From a virus: a stretch of DNA of 64,000 nt. The notes under the pieces were generated by a model. It did no database searches. It saw nothing but the letters and a program-made list of their open reading frames with translations, and had not been told where the DNA came from. The stretch lies in the IMG/VR virus record IMGVR_UViG_3300035698_012970, positions 24,152 through 88,151 of that record, one strand, 5' to 3'. Positions 24,370-35,658 of this stretch are shown here, piece after piece; position 1 is the first letter of the stretch, and every line of letters begins with the position of its first letter. The position numbers and the translations under genes were made by a program.

Positions 24370-24653
24370 TACTTATTCATTTTAGTTCTTACGTAATCGA
24401 CCTTTTCTTCTTCAGTAAGATCTGAGAAAAATTGAACTGCAATTGCCTTTCCTTCAAGTACTAACTTAGCCATTTTTTCACGATCAGATTTACTTGTGTA
24501 TTCAGGATCATAATTAAGAGGCTTTGCAATTTGCCACCCTTCCATTGTAGTACCATCAACCTCAACTGTTATTTGTTCTGAGATGCTCCCATCTTCAGCC
24601 TGTTCTTTTATTAAATTATCAATTAGAATCGCTTTCATCATTTCTTTTATTAA

Positions 24654-25022
24654 TTATTTCAATAAATCTAGTCTACCATTCATAACTTTAGTAAGATTCG
24701 CTTTCTTCCCTGTCCTATGATCTATAACCTCGTTTCTTGGATAGTTATAGGTTTTAATTCTTTTATCACCTTGGATCTGAGATTTTCTTTCGTCGTTAGT
24801 TTCTTCAGCTTTCTTTGTTATTTTTTCCTCTTCTAATCTTTTCTCAATTCTCTCAAGTGCAATATTATAATTTTTAAGTTTACTCCTAGTTTCCTGACAG
24901 GTTTCAGTAAATCCGCTAGGTTTATGAGTGATGGTTACACAGGACTCAGTTTTGTTCTTGTGCTGTCCACCAGGACCACTCCCTTTAGTATAATGAACCT
25001 TTATATCTTTTTTGTTAATCAT
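24654..25022 (-). CDS. Stand-alone peptide chain release factor (RF-1/GGQ) domain protein
   Basis: GSGPGGQHKNKTES and IKTYNYP...DHRTG; no codon-recognition domain. Confidence 0.9.
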   Translation of the reverse strand: MINKKDIKVHYTKGSGPGGQHKNKTESCVTITHKPSGFTETCQETRSKLKNYNIALERIEKRLEEEKITKKAEETNDERKSQIQGDKRIKTYNYPRNEVIDHRTGKKANLTKVMNGRLDLLK

Positions 25023-25670
25023 TTTTCTGCCTTTATCATTTCAACATATTTTAATAATCTCTCTATCACCTCAGGTTCTAAAGCTACTACGTGATTCTCA
25101 TGATGATTTACTGCAACATTTATGTTGTAACCATCAAATGATACGTATACTCCATCTCCTAGATGCTGTTGATGTTGATCTTGATCTGCCATTATATGTC
25201 CTCCTGTCCTCTTAGTTTTCTTAGAAACGCCCTGTCTGCTTTGGTGAGTTGAATAGGGCTTATATACCAATATCGGAAACTAAATCCCCATGAATCTTTC
25301 CGTTCCTTTGCTTTACGATTGAATGCTTCCTTACATAAAGGATGTTCTTTAGCAAGTTTCAATTCTTTAGTTACAGTTTTCATAAGTCGCTTAGCAATTC
25401 GATCATAACCACGTTCGTTTGATGTCTCACTACTTTTAGCAGCATCAGAAAGTAATTTCCTATATTTCTTTATATTTCTAACCTCTTCTTCTTTCATTCC
25501 AGTTTCTGACATTATTCTCCTAAGAAGTTTACTTTCTTCTTGATTTGGTATATGCGGATCGTTTTTACCCATACCATATTTCAATTTTCTAGGATATTTT
25601 GTGTTTGAACGCGAACCTAACATTTGTTCCTCGTAATCCATAGTAAAATCATGATCTTCGTAACTCATAA

Positions 25671-26429
25671 TTATCTTTTTTCGAATGTTGGTTTTAACCA
25701 CATTCCATTTCCAAATACTAACTTAAGAAATCCAGGAATCATTGAATCAACAGTGCTAAGAAGCTCGATGGTTCCGATGGTATCATGCTTCATCATTTTA
25801 ATAACTTCTTCTCTGATTCTTTCACCACTTACTGTGTTCCCAAGCTTCTCTAAAATCTCTTCCTGTCTCATAGCGGCCCAAATGTCATCATGAATCATGA
25901 AACCTTTGGTGATTGAGAATCTAAGAGCTCTCAAAATTCTTAAAGGATCATCCATCATTGTTTGTTTTGCAGGTAGTGGTGTTCTTAAAACTCCTCTGCC
26001 ATTCTTAAGATCTCCAATCCCGTTGAATAAATCAATGATAGTTCCATCTTCTGCTTTTGCTAAAGCGTTTAGTGTGAAGTCCCTTCTAATAAGATCATCT
26101 TCTAATGTACCTAATACTAAGATAGGATGTCTTGTATTCTCGATATAGCCAACTTCTTTTCTGGCCATTACAAAGTCTGCAACCAAACCTTCATTCTTAT
26201 CTCCTTTTGGAAATTTTGCTCTGATCGTAAACATTTTAGGGGTTGATAAGAAGATTTCAAATCCTCTTTCTGTCATCCAGGTTTCCATGAAAGCAAATCC
26301 TTCTTCAACTGTTTTGTTTAAATCGTCCATCACAAAAGTGAAATCGATATCTTTGGAACTAATTCCTAAGATTCCATCTCTAATACATCCGCCAACGCGA
26401 TATAGTTTTGGCTCTTTGCTATCTGTCAT
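25671..26429 (-). CDS. cca: tRNA nucleotidyltransferase (CCA-adding)/poly(A) polymerase family
   Basis: VGGCIRD..LG...KDIDF, DLIRRDFTLNA, DDPLRILRALRF, SGERIREE. Confidence 0.9.
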   Translation of the reverse strand: MTDSKEPKLYRVGGCIRDGILGISSKDIDFTFVMDDLNKTVEEGFAFMETWMTERGFEIFLSTPKMFTIRAKFPKGDKNEGLVADFVMARKEVGYIENTRHPILVLGTLEDDLIRRDFTLNALAKAEDGTIIDLFNGIGDLKNGRGVLRTPLPAKQTMMDDPLRILRALRFSITKGFMIHDDIWAAMRQEEILEKLGNTVSGERIREEVIKMMKHDTIGTIELLSTVDSMIPGFLKLVFGNGMWLKPTFEKR

Positions 26430-26452
26430 TTTTGTTTATCTTTAATTAAATA

Positions 26453-26484
26453 CAAATATATTAAATCCATGCGTATTAAAAAAA
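26453..26484 (-). promoter_or_regulatory. Early-type promoter
   Basis: TTTTTTTAATACG-N11-TATATTTG. Confidence 0.8.
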
Positions 26485-26487
26485 TGT

Positions 26488-27228
26488 TTATATAGTTTTT
26501 AATTTACAATTATCAAAATGCCATCTATTCATATTACCAACATCACCAATTTTCCCACAATGTGGACAAGTTATTTTCTTTGTGTTTAACTTAATGTTTT
26601 CCCACCTTTCTATTGCGATCTTTCGTTTTATAGGATCTTTATGTTTTATACAGTTATCAAAATGCCTACCGTTCATAATATTTAAAGCACCAATTTTTCC
26701 ACAATGTGGACATTCAACTCTTTCCATGTTCTTGAGTGCAACACTTAGGTTTTTTCTTGCGGTTTCAGATTCCCATTTCTTTTTCATCAGTTTCCCATGC
26801 TCTTCTTTTTTCCCTATATTCCCCCACGTTTCTATATTTGAGTTTGTAACCTTTTTTCTATAGGAATCGTCCTCCCATAATTTTAAATTCCTTTTAGATG
26901 ATTTAATAAAAGCTTCTGGTGTACTTAAAGCTTTGCTAATATATGCCCCGGCTTCACCAATAGCACCCCCGGGTAAAATATTATACCCTATATCTGGATT
27001 CATTGAATTATAAAACTCTATCCAATAAACCTCAGCTTCATTTAATTCATCAGAGGAAGAGCACTCTTGTATAACTTCTTTTGTAAAGTTGCTTTTTGAG
27101 TGCTTATCGATAGCATGTTTAAGTTTTTTACCTGAGCCGATGTAGTTTTTCGTTGATTCAATAGATCTAGCACATTGACCTATGTAAATAAAGCCATTGG
27201 TTAGATCTGTAGTTTTATAGATATACAT
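26488..27228 (-). CDS. GIY-YIG homing endonuclease
   Basis: YIYKTTD...IYIGQ...YIGSG; two C-terminal CPHCGK..HFDNC modules. Confidence 0.9.
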   Translation of the reverse strand: MYIYKTTDLTNGFIYIGQCARSIESTKNYIGSGKKLKHAIDKHSKSNFTKEVIQECSSSDELNEAEVYWIEFYNSMNPDIGYNILPGGAIGEAGAYISKALSTPEAFIKSSKRNLKLWEDDSYRKKVTNSNIETWGNIGKKEEHGKLMKKKWESETARKNLSVALKNMERVECPHCGKIGALNIMNGRHFDNCIKHKDPIKRKIAIERWENIKLNTKKITCPHCGKIGDVGNMNRWHFDNCKLKTI

Positions 27229-27534
27229 AAAATGTTTTATTTTATATATCTATAAAGAGGCTGCGTTACCGACAGATCTAGAGGTTTATTTTCTACTTCT
27301 TAATTTATCACTTGATACTGCTGCTAGTGCGGATAAGAATATTAATGGACTAACCATTCCATAAAAAATTATCATCCAAACCCACCATAGAATATTATGG
27401 TTTTCATAGTGTGATCTTCGAACCTTATAAAGAATAAGAAATCCTATTAGACCACAGCCGAACCAGATAAATCTGGAAAGCATTAAATTTGCATTTATTA
27501 AATCAAGTAATCCTTGCATACATTTTAATTTTTA

Positions 27535-27566
27535 TAAAAGTAAGTATATTTTACGTAACAAAAAAA
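27535..27566 (-). promoter_or_regulatory. Early-type promoter
   Basis: TTTTTTTGTTACG-N11-TACTTTTA. Confidence 0.7.
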
Positions 27567-28234
27567 TTATATTAAATGAATTTCCAATGTTTTTTAATGA
27601 TATCCACATTCAGTACATCTCATTTTAATATAGGTTTTCTGAAATTAACATTGATTTTACTTCTCCTTCGATACCTAACCATTTATTTAATTCTGGATCA
27701 TCGTGATCTGATGCTTCCAAACCATAAAAGATTTGACCTCTTTCCTTAGCTATCTTCCAAGCTTCTTCTCGACCAATATATCTGTTAGTAGATGTTAGAA
27801 ATCCTTGTTTATCTCTATTAGGTAGCTTATCAGTGTCTATCTTACCAATTAAAGCTTCTAGTGTTTCGTAACAATCTCCATGTCTATGACCACAAACAAT
27901 AGTACCATTATAATCTATTGCAGCGCATAAAATAAATTCTTTTTGCATATTAGTATAATTTAACACCAGATATTTTAGCTAGTTTTACATCAATATCTCT
28001 ATAGTGAAGTTCACACACTACTCCAGTTTCACACCAAGTTACCTCAACAACCTCTAATTTTATTGGAAGTTTTTTATCCCTGAATATTTTAACAAAGTCA
28101 TCAGCTATTTTTATATTGTCACTTATTCTAGGTACTCCATCACGAGAACTTATATGAGGCCATCTAACTCCTTGGTAATGATCAATGTTTGTTCTAAATG
28201 TTATTGTCATATTCTATTATTTTTTAAGAATTTT

Positions 28235-28540
28235 TTAATAGCTTCTCTCGTGTAAGTCATCAACATTTTGGGTAACGATTTGAACATCGAAATGTTCTTC
28301 AAGCTCTGCTAATCCAATATGAGCTTTATTCGGTTCACAACCAGCAAGTTGCATTCTCCTTTCATTATAGAATTTCAAAACCAATTCTGGATCTTCGTTC
28401 CATCCTTGTGGTGTAGCTACTTTATTAACATCGTACTTTTCCCAAAGTCCTCCACTATCTCTGAATGTTTGTATTCCAGATTCAGCACTTATTCCAGCAC
28501 CGCTGAATACAACTATTTTCTTTTTATCTTGGTATATCAT
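28235..28540 (-). pseudogene. Truncated Sir2/CobB sirtuin (N-terminal half only)
   Basis: GAGISAESGIQTFR and TQNVDDLHER are present; it stops before the catalytic HG motif. Confidence 0.85.
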
Positions 28541-28559
28541 AAGGTCTACCTATATTTTT

Positions 28560-31045
28560 TTAAGAGTTTTCATTCTTCTTTTTAATTTGCCATGTATGTC
28601 CACCATATCCACTGAATGTTAGCCAGCCTTCTTCTCCAATACCACTTCCAATGCCACCAACGCTAACATCAAATCCGCAGTCAAAATCTTCACCAAGCAC
28701 ACTAAAGAATGCTGAGTCTTCGCCATTTGGTCTTAGTTCAATACCTTTGATTTTTGTGGACATTCCACCTTTACCAAACATTGCTCTGTCCATAGAATCA
28801 CCAGAATCATGTAATGTTCCACCAATCCATTCTTCTTGTCTTTCTATAAATTGTTCCCACATAGGGTACGTTTTTCCGTTAACTTCCATATTTTTTTATT
28901 TACATGGTTCTTCTGAATGATCAAATCCTACTCCTTGATTAGCTGGTAATTTCATCCACGCAACTACATCAAGGATCTCACAAGCATAATCTCTCATAAA
29001 CTTGCCCTTATAATAAAAACCAACAAATTCACCATATTTTCTGGTGCTTATCCATAATTGTTGGAAATGTGGCCACTCTTTTAATTCTTCTGGTTTTTCA
29101 AACCTTGCATCTATAAATTCCATTGTTAATCTTTTAATTTATGAATTACTGTTTTAATTGGTTTTTGTATATCAACCTTATGGTTATCGATTCTTCTCAT
29201 CGCGTCATCAAAACTACCAAATTTCTTCCTTATCCAATTACCATGCAACCAATGACCGAAATAGTCCCAACCTTCGTCGTCTGACGTGTTGGCTTCAAAT
29301 GTATGTTGGGCAAAAAACTCTGATGGACCATTAAACACATCTTCTACAATTCTATATTTATATGTCATTTTCTAAAAATTTATTAACCGCTTCCATTACT
29401 TGAAGCGGATCTATCATATGTCTATAATGTGGTGTTACACAACCCCAAGCATCACATGGGTCCTCTATTAATCTTGTTGGTAACTCTTCAAGAATTCCTG
29501 CAAGATCTTTTAGTTTAATCGTCGTTTTCTTCCCCATTGTTTATTTGTCTATGAATCTCATTACCATTTTCATCCACTGTCTTAATGCCATATGTTATTG
29601 GTCCAGGTGTTGAATCAAGGACAATTTTAGGCATTGGAATACCTTTTTTATCAAACTCTTCCTTAACTCCTTTCCACATCTCTTTGAACATATTACCCCA
29701 TTCTTCAACATCCTTCGGGTTATTTGGATCAAATCCTTTCAGATCTTGACCAATAGTTCTTGCTGCTATATTCTTTACAATAGGAAATTGAAACCCATTA
29801 AACACATTACTTTCTTCCGGCATATCTTTAATGTATTGGTGCTGATTTACTTTCTGCTCCTGGATCTTCTACTATTACCTCTGATTTTTCGACTGCACTA
29901 TCACCGATATTAACTCTTCCTTCATCAAGCCAAGCTCCTGTTCCAATAGCACCTTCTTTATTTACTTTCGGTGTAATCCATAATTGAGCACAACCATAAA
30001 GATCAAAGCTCACTGAAGTAACTACTCCTACGAAACCAGTAATTTTATCAGTTGCATTTTTTCCTAGTTTATCTAAAACTCTTTTTTCTTTTTCCATTAT
30101 TTTTTTATTTTTATTTTTGGTTTATCCATCGGGACCTCAACTAACTTAAACTTTCGGTTAGTACTATACTTTTGAGGTCTAACATAAGGTCCTTGGACCC
30201 AATCATCTTCGGTGTTACCATTACATACAAAATAGATAAATTCTGGTAAACCTTTAGCATATCTTCCACCACTCATTACTCTTTTCCGTTTATAGTTTCT
30301 ATTGTATACATTTCAAATAATAATCTTTCTGGTACATCATCATGTCCTGGAGTTTCTGCATAAGTTCTGGCTTCATCTTCAGAATAAAAAATACGTTTTA
30401 TAACTGTATCATAAGTTTTATTTCCAGCGTCACCTTTATAAACTGAACCTCTTGTTCCCTGATGAACCATAATATAATAAAGTGTTGGCTGTTCAAAACC
30501 AAGTTCCTCAAGACATTTGAAAGTGTAATCTAGCAATAAAGGATTTTTGTCTATACTTCTAATCTCTTTAAGAACCTCATTGGCTTTATCGCAACCATCT
30601 TCGTAGTGGTATTCCCAGAATTGTTCTTTATAAATCTTTTCTCCGAGATCTACTATTGCACATTTTACTGGTTCTTTATTTTTCATCTTCTTCAGTATAT
30701 AAAATGTAAATTATTCTTCCTCTACTAGTCAATGTAGCTCCAGTAGATATTATTTGTGAATCTGCTCTTTCAATTTTCCAACCTGCATCAAGTAATTCTT
30801 TGAGTTCCTCTGCATCACTAGTATCGTAATAGGGAAAAATGTGGTATACTCTATTTTTCATATTATTCCTTAAATTTCATTAAAACGTAAAACACTCCAC
30901 CTTCGACTTCCTGATTGTAATTATTTGCAGTAGCAACCATTTGACAATCGGATCTTTGGATTTCCCAACCAGCATTCAGAAGCCCCTCTAATTTACGCCC
31001 GTCTGAATCATCTTTCGCTAAAATAACCTTGTAATCATGTTGCAT
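28560..31045 (-). other. Array of short hypothetical genes, including tandem paralogs 30676..30861 and 30863..31045
   Basis: The paralogs share L..LL.AGW.I.R.D.Q...T...G...Y.L. Confidence 0.7.
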
Positions 31046-31071
31046 TATAAACCTTTTATTAAATTAATATA

Positions 31072-31794
31072 TTAGTCATCATAGAACCTATTTTCATGAT
31101 TCGGAATGGTGTAACTTCTTCTTATTAGATTCACGACATCCTTTGCATCATCTAAAGCATCATGGGTTACAATACCTTCAATACTAGCTCTTCTTTTGCA
31201 TTCTGCAAGGCCAGGAGGTGCTATATCGTTGTCCCAATCAACAAACAATATTGCAGGATCAATGATCCTTCTGCGTATCGCTATGACCTGCTTCCACCTT
31301 GGTAACTTCTCTAGAAATAACTGATCAAAAGAAGCAAAGTTTTTACCAGCAACAGTAATATATGTCTTTGGCATATTAGACGTAAGTGATGGATATTTTT
31401 CAGTTGATGGTGGATGTGTTACCCTGTTTTGGAAAGTATATTTCTTTCCATCCTCAGCTCTTATACCATTGTCATATAAGAATTGGAAAAATGCTTCAGT
31501 AACTTTATCTTCTCTAAGAAACTGATAACCCGTGGTGTCTTCCAGTGCTTCTTTTAGTGCTTTACTTTCTGTTGTTTGCCATTGAACCATACTTTCTATG
31601 ATATCTTTATTCATATTAATGGCAAAAGCACTACCTTTGAATCCTTCTCTCACTATAAGGGCATGAAAACTTGGTAATTCATTTATTGGTATTTCAGGGT
31701 GTAGTGTATCCTCAATTACCGCACCAATGGTAAGGACCTCGTGACTATTGTGATCCAAACCAGTGCATTCTATATCCACCGACACATATATCAT
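31072..31794 (-). CDS. DEDDh 3'-5' exonuclease
   Basis: VDIECTG, GKNFASFD and HDALDDA motifs. Confidence 0.85.
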   Translation of the reverse strand: MIYVSVDIECTGLDHNSHEVLTIGAVIEDTLHPEIPINELPSFHALIVREGFKGSAFAINMNKDIIESMVQWQTTESKALKEALEDTTGYQFLREDKVTEAFFQFLYDNGIRAEDGKKYTFQNRVTHPPSTEKYPSLTSNMPKTYITVAGKNFASFDQLFLEKLPRWKQVIAIRRRIIDPAILFVDWDNDIAPPGLAECKRRASIEGIVTHDALDDAKDVVNLIRRSYTIPNHENRFYDD

Positions 31795-31810
31795 CTTATT
31801 AACTTTTAGT

Positions 31811-32401
31811 TTATATTTTTCTTTCTGCCCACCATTTTTTAATAGCTTCGCTTTTTCTTTTTTTAACTTCTTCAGAATCAGGTTTTCTTATTTCCCAGGC
31901 TTTTCTTAATTTTTCTTTAGTTTCCTCAGTTGATTTAGAACCTCTCATAAAAGTATTACCTTTTTTACTTTCCCCTATTTTTTTACATCCATCAGGAGAT
32001 ACTTTTGTACCCTTTTTATTCGTATTTCCCATTTGAGCTTTTGACATCCTTTCCCTGGTTTTTTCACTAAACTCGTAACCATTATCAACTAAATCTCTAG
32101 AGTTTTTTAGATCACATGTTTTCCGATATTCAGCTATTAACTCCATTTCCCGATCTTTTATTATTTCCTTATTCTCATATTCATATAAGGTCTCTATAAT
32201 TTCCATTATTGGTTTAAGCTCTTTGTCTAACAAACTACAAATCCATGCTGCTTTTTGGTTCTTATGCCCATGTTTTCTTCCTGAATATATGTGTTGCTGG
32301 TATCTTTTTTTGGGTTGTACGGATCTACCAACATATTTTACATCTAAACTAATAGGATCCTTAAGTACGTAAAAATGAATAGGTTTTTTCATAAAAGACA
32401 T
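31811..32401 (-). CDS. GIY-YIG/NUMOD3-type homing endonuclease
   Basis: FYVLKDP...KYVGRS; NUMOD3-like SEKTRERMS and TEETKEKLR repeats. Confidence 0.8.
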   Translation of the reverse strand: MSFMKKPIHFYVLKDPISLDVKYVGRSVQPKKRYQQHIYSGRKHGHKNQKAAWICSLLDKELKPIMEIIETLYEYENKEIIKDREMELIAEYRKTCDLKNSRDLVDNGYEFSEKTRERMSKAQMGNTNKKGTKVSPDGCKKIGESKKGNTFMRGSKSTEETKEKLRKAWEIRKPDSEEVKKRKSEAIKKWWAERKI

Positions 32402-33592
32402 ATTTTAATCTATATATCTTTAATTTATTCATTTTTTCGATGGAAACGTACTTCATTACAGCATCTCGTTATCAGAGAATTTAATCTGGGTAGTACCCAT
32501 TCCTGATAGATTGTACATGGCACTATATTCACCTGATGATCCTGATGCTCCCTTTACTCCTGCAGATCCTGATGTACCATATGCTTGGTTACTCATATAT
32601 GAGTTTTGGAAAGAAGATTTCCAGTGCCATTCATCATTTACTAATTGGTTGAATTCATTATGATCTAATTCAATAACTTCTTCAATCGCCATTTCAAGCA
32701 TTTTAATCTTTAGGTCGTATTCTTTTAAATATGACTGTGGTTTATTAGCTTCGTAAAAATTTAGATCAAATTCTTTTCCATTAACTACATCATCCAATTT
32801 TTTTGCTAATAAATCAGCAGCTTTTATACGATAAGCTTTAATTGATTCTGAATACTCTTCAGCATGTTTAGCTCTGTTAGTTTTTAGGATTGCTAATAAT
32901 TCCTCTTTTTTTACTTTAATCGTGTCCATTTTATTATTTTTAATTTTTCTTTGGTTTAACGTGGGCGTGGATCATTCTTGGTGGTTGAGGTTCACAATTT
33001 TTACAATAATATACAATTTCAAAATGATCGTCATCTTTACCATTACAACAAGTACATTTGATATCATATCGATAATATTTTCTACCTATATGTACTCTTG
33101 GTGTTTTACATATGTCGCAATGACCTACTTCTATTTCTCCACTCATTATTTTACTACTTTCATTTGATCTGGATCCCAACCTTCTGGTCTACAGAACATA
33201 TTAGGTTTTCTATCCAATTTTTCTATGAAATCAACTTCCATTGGATATGTTTGTGCAAATTTACTCATACGGAACGCATCACCATAAGAATGTCTGTGTA
33301 TCTGTCCAGCTTGACAAATATACGCTTTTGTTACCATATGTCTTGCGGTTTCTTCGTCAAGTGCTTCAACTATTACTTCACCTTTGCCTGAGAATTCAAG
33401 CTCAACTCTAAATAGGAATGTTTCAGGTTCTTTTGGTGGTTTAGGAGGTTCTGGGATTAATGCTAAAGCATCTTTCAACTCTTTATAGGTTTCTTTACTT
33501 CTAGCTTTACCAGTATCTACCTTATCAATAAACTTCTCAGCAGCTAATTTGAGTGCTACATAAGCTTCGTTATTATTACCCATTTTATTCTT

Positions 33593-33931
33593 TTAGTTTA
33601 TGAATTCAGGATCTAAAATTAAGACCCCTATACATTCTTCTAAATTCTCTTCTATTGATTCTATTTCAATTTGACTATCATCAAAGTGTATATCAAATCC
33701 TGTTAAAAATTGCCATTTAGCAGCACCATTTGTTATTTGTATTCTTTCTCTTGGTATATTTAAGTCCTTTGCTACCCTATATAAATCTGCATTCCATTGT
33801 GGCCTACCTAATTCATCATCTACCCTACTAGTGGTTATCCAAATTTCATGCCCTTCTTGAATTAGCTTTTTAGCAAGCCTTTGTGTTCGTTCTTCTGCTA
33901 ATGTGCTATCGAAATCAAAACTTATTTTCAT
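33593..33931 (-). CDS. HAD-superfamily protein
   Basis: ISFDFDSTL, ITTSR and HFDD motifs. Confidence 0.8.
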   Translation of the reverse strand: MKISFDFDSTLAEERTQRLAKKLIQEGHEIWITTSRVDDELGRPQWNADLYRVAKDLNIPRERIQITNGAAKWQFLTGFDIHFDDSQIEIESIEENLEECIGVLILDPEFIN

Positions 33932-33967
33932 TTTAATTTATAGTAATGGTAACGAAATGGGTTTCGC

Positions 33968-34303
33968 TTATTTATTAGGATATCCATCCTCTAATTTCTT
34001 CAGATCTCCAGCAAGTCTTTTTACCAGACTTTCATCCCCGTCATCACCTGAAAGGAACTAATCTATCCTTTGTGCAAATATAGCTGCTCGTTTAAGTTGA
34101 TGTACAGCTTCTTGCATAACAATATTTATCTCTTTAGAATACTTAATATGAAACTTCTCTTCAGGATATTTTTCGTAATACTCGTCACTAGACCATAATT
34201 CATCCTTATCTTTCTCCCTACCTTGTTTGGTAATTACTCTTTCTATTTGGTCCGCAATCTCATCTATCTTATATTGACCATAATCAAAATATCCTCCGCT
34301 CAT
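33968..34303 (-). pseudogene. Conserved-looking phage protein interrupted by an in-frame TAG
   Basis: ...FAQRID*FLSGDDGDESLVKRLAGDLKKLEDGYPNK; TAG at 34058-34060 is probably from TGG. Confidence 0.65.
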
Positions 34304-35093
34304 AATATTTAAGTTTTATAATTATAATAACGTTTCTTATAATCTTCAAAAGCATTATATACAGTATCACCAATTCCATAATAATTTGGAAATACATTTT
34401 TATCTATCCATTTTTCCAAATCATAATGGGGTTCTTCAAGCTCCTGAAGATCTTGGATAACACTATTCTCAGCAATTGTATTAGCTATAACTATTTTACC
34501 ACCATATCTCATGCTAATAATAGTTAATGGATAAATATCCTCAATCTTTTCAACCTTAATCTTTTTATTCATCAATTTCACTTTGTAATAAGTCTATAAA
34601 ATCACTACCCGACCATTCTTCGCCTTCTGTATTACCATATAATAAAGAATCCAATTCTTCTTTAAATCTAGTAGCATCAAATGTCACATACCCACAATCA
34701 CCTATCCCAGGATCTGCCTGTACGTCATATTCTCTATCATCGACCTTTAAAATACAGCTACCAGTACATGATGAACACTCGTCTTTTTTATAACCTGATG
34801 TCTGAAGATATCCATCATTACTCAACCATTTATGCTTATAATATAAGCGATGTAAATTATCTATTTTACATAGTAGTTTTTTAGCTGATTTAGCATATTG
34901 TAAAGAAGGCATTTTAGGATTGGGTATTTCACTAATATCCATATCAAATAGGTCATCTACTTCCATAGTTTATAGATTTATATTAAACTATAGATAGGAA
35001 GTTTCGCTATTGTATAAGGAAAGTTGTTTCGCTACTATAGTAGCGAAAATTGATAGTTTATAGTGATTTTAGCTACTCTGGTAGCGAAAATTG

Positions 35094-35174
35094 AGGCAGC
35101 GGAGGGATTCGAACCCTCGAAGCTTTCGCAGTAGATTTGCAATCTACCCCCTTTGGCCACTCGAGAACACTGCC
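35094..35174 (-). tRNA. tRNA-Cys(GCA) with long variable arm
   Basis: GTAGA-TTGCAAA-TCTAC anticodon arm, U73, GTTCGAATC T-loop. Confidence 0.85.
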
Positions 35175-35261
35175 ATTTTAATAGATAAAGAGGATCTCGA
35201 CTTCTCTTTCCAATTCCTAAACAGAGTTTCACCCCTCGAAGTACACATTATCTATTATTTG

Positions 35262-35348
35262 AAGAGAGTAACGGATTCGAACCATCGAGCCCCGTGAAGG
35301 GCTACCTACTTTCCAGGCAGGTGCCTTAAGCCACTCGGCCAACTCTCT
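35262..35348 (-). tRNA. tRNA-Ser(GGA)
   Basis: CCTGC-CTGGAAA-GTAGG; long variable arm. Confidence 0.9.
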
Positions 35349-35365
35349 AGTTATCAATAAGTTAG

Positions 35366-35452
35366 CGGAAGATGAGGGATTCGAACCCTCGGGACGCTTT
35401 CGCGCCCACTGGTTTAGCAAACCAGCCATTTAAGCCACTCATGCAATCTTCC
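35366..35452 (-). tRNA. tRNA-Ser(GCT)
   Basis: CTGGT-TTGCTAA-ACCAG; long variable arm. Confidence 0.92.
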
Positions 35453-35457
35453 AGTTT

Positions 35458-35547
35458 TGGAGGAAGGAGGTGGTCTTGATCCACACCCGATCTAACGAGA
35501 CCTGGTTTTCAAGACCAGTCGGAGCACCCGCCCCTGCTTCACCTTCC
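35458..35547 (-). tRNA. tRNA-Ser(TGA), atypical 8/4-like fold, CCA encoded
   Basis: CTGGT-CTTGAAA-ACCAG; acceptor GGAAGGTG/CTCCTTCC; T-stem GTGG/CCAC. Confidence 0.8.
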
Positions 35548-35554
35548 AAATTTG

Positions 35555-35636
35555 TATCTCAGGTGGGACTCGAACCCACACTCCTTTCGGAACTAGGCCC
35601 TCGACCTAGCGCGTCTACCAATTCCGCCACTGAGAT
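35555..35636 (-). tRNA. tRNA-Leu(GAG)
   Basis: CTAGG-TCGAGGG-CCTAG; Leu-type D-loop. Confidence 0.9.
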
Positions 35637-35658
35637 ATATTTAATTTTAATGTTAAAA

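Noticed and set aside
6252-34060. Stop-codon reassignment suggested by in-frame TGA and TAG
   Set aside because: There is only one case of each. TGA and TAG end many genes normally (ATGA overlaps; TAG at 17696), coding density is high under code 11, and I found no suppressor tRNA.
35458-35547. tRNA-Sec or opal suppressor
   Set aside because: The anticodon reads TGA (Ser), not TCA.
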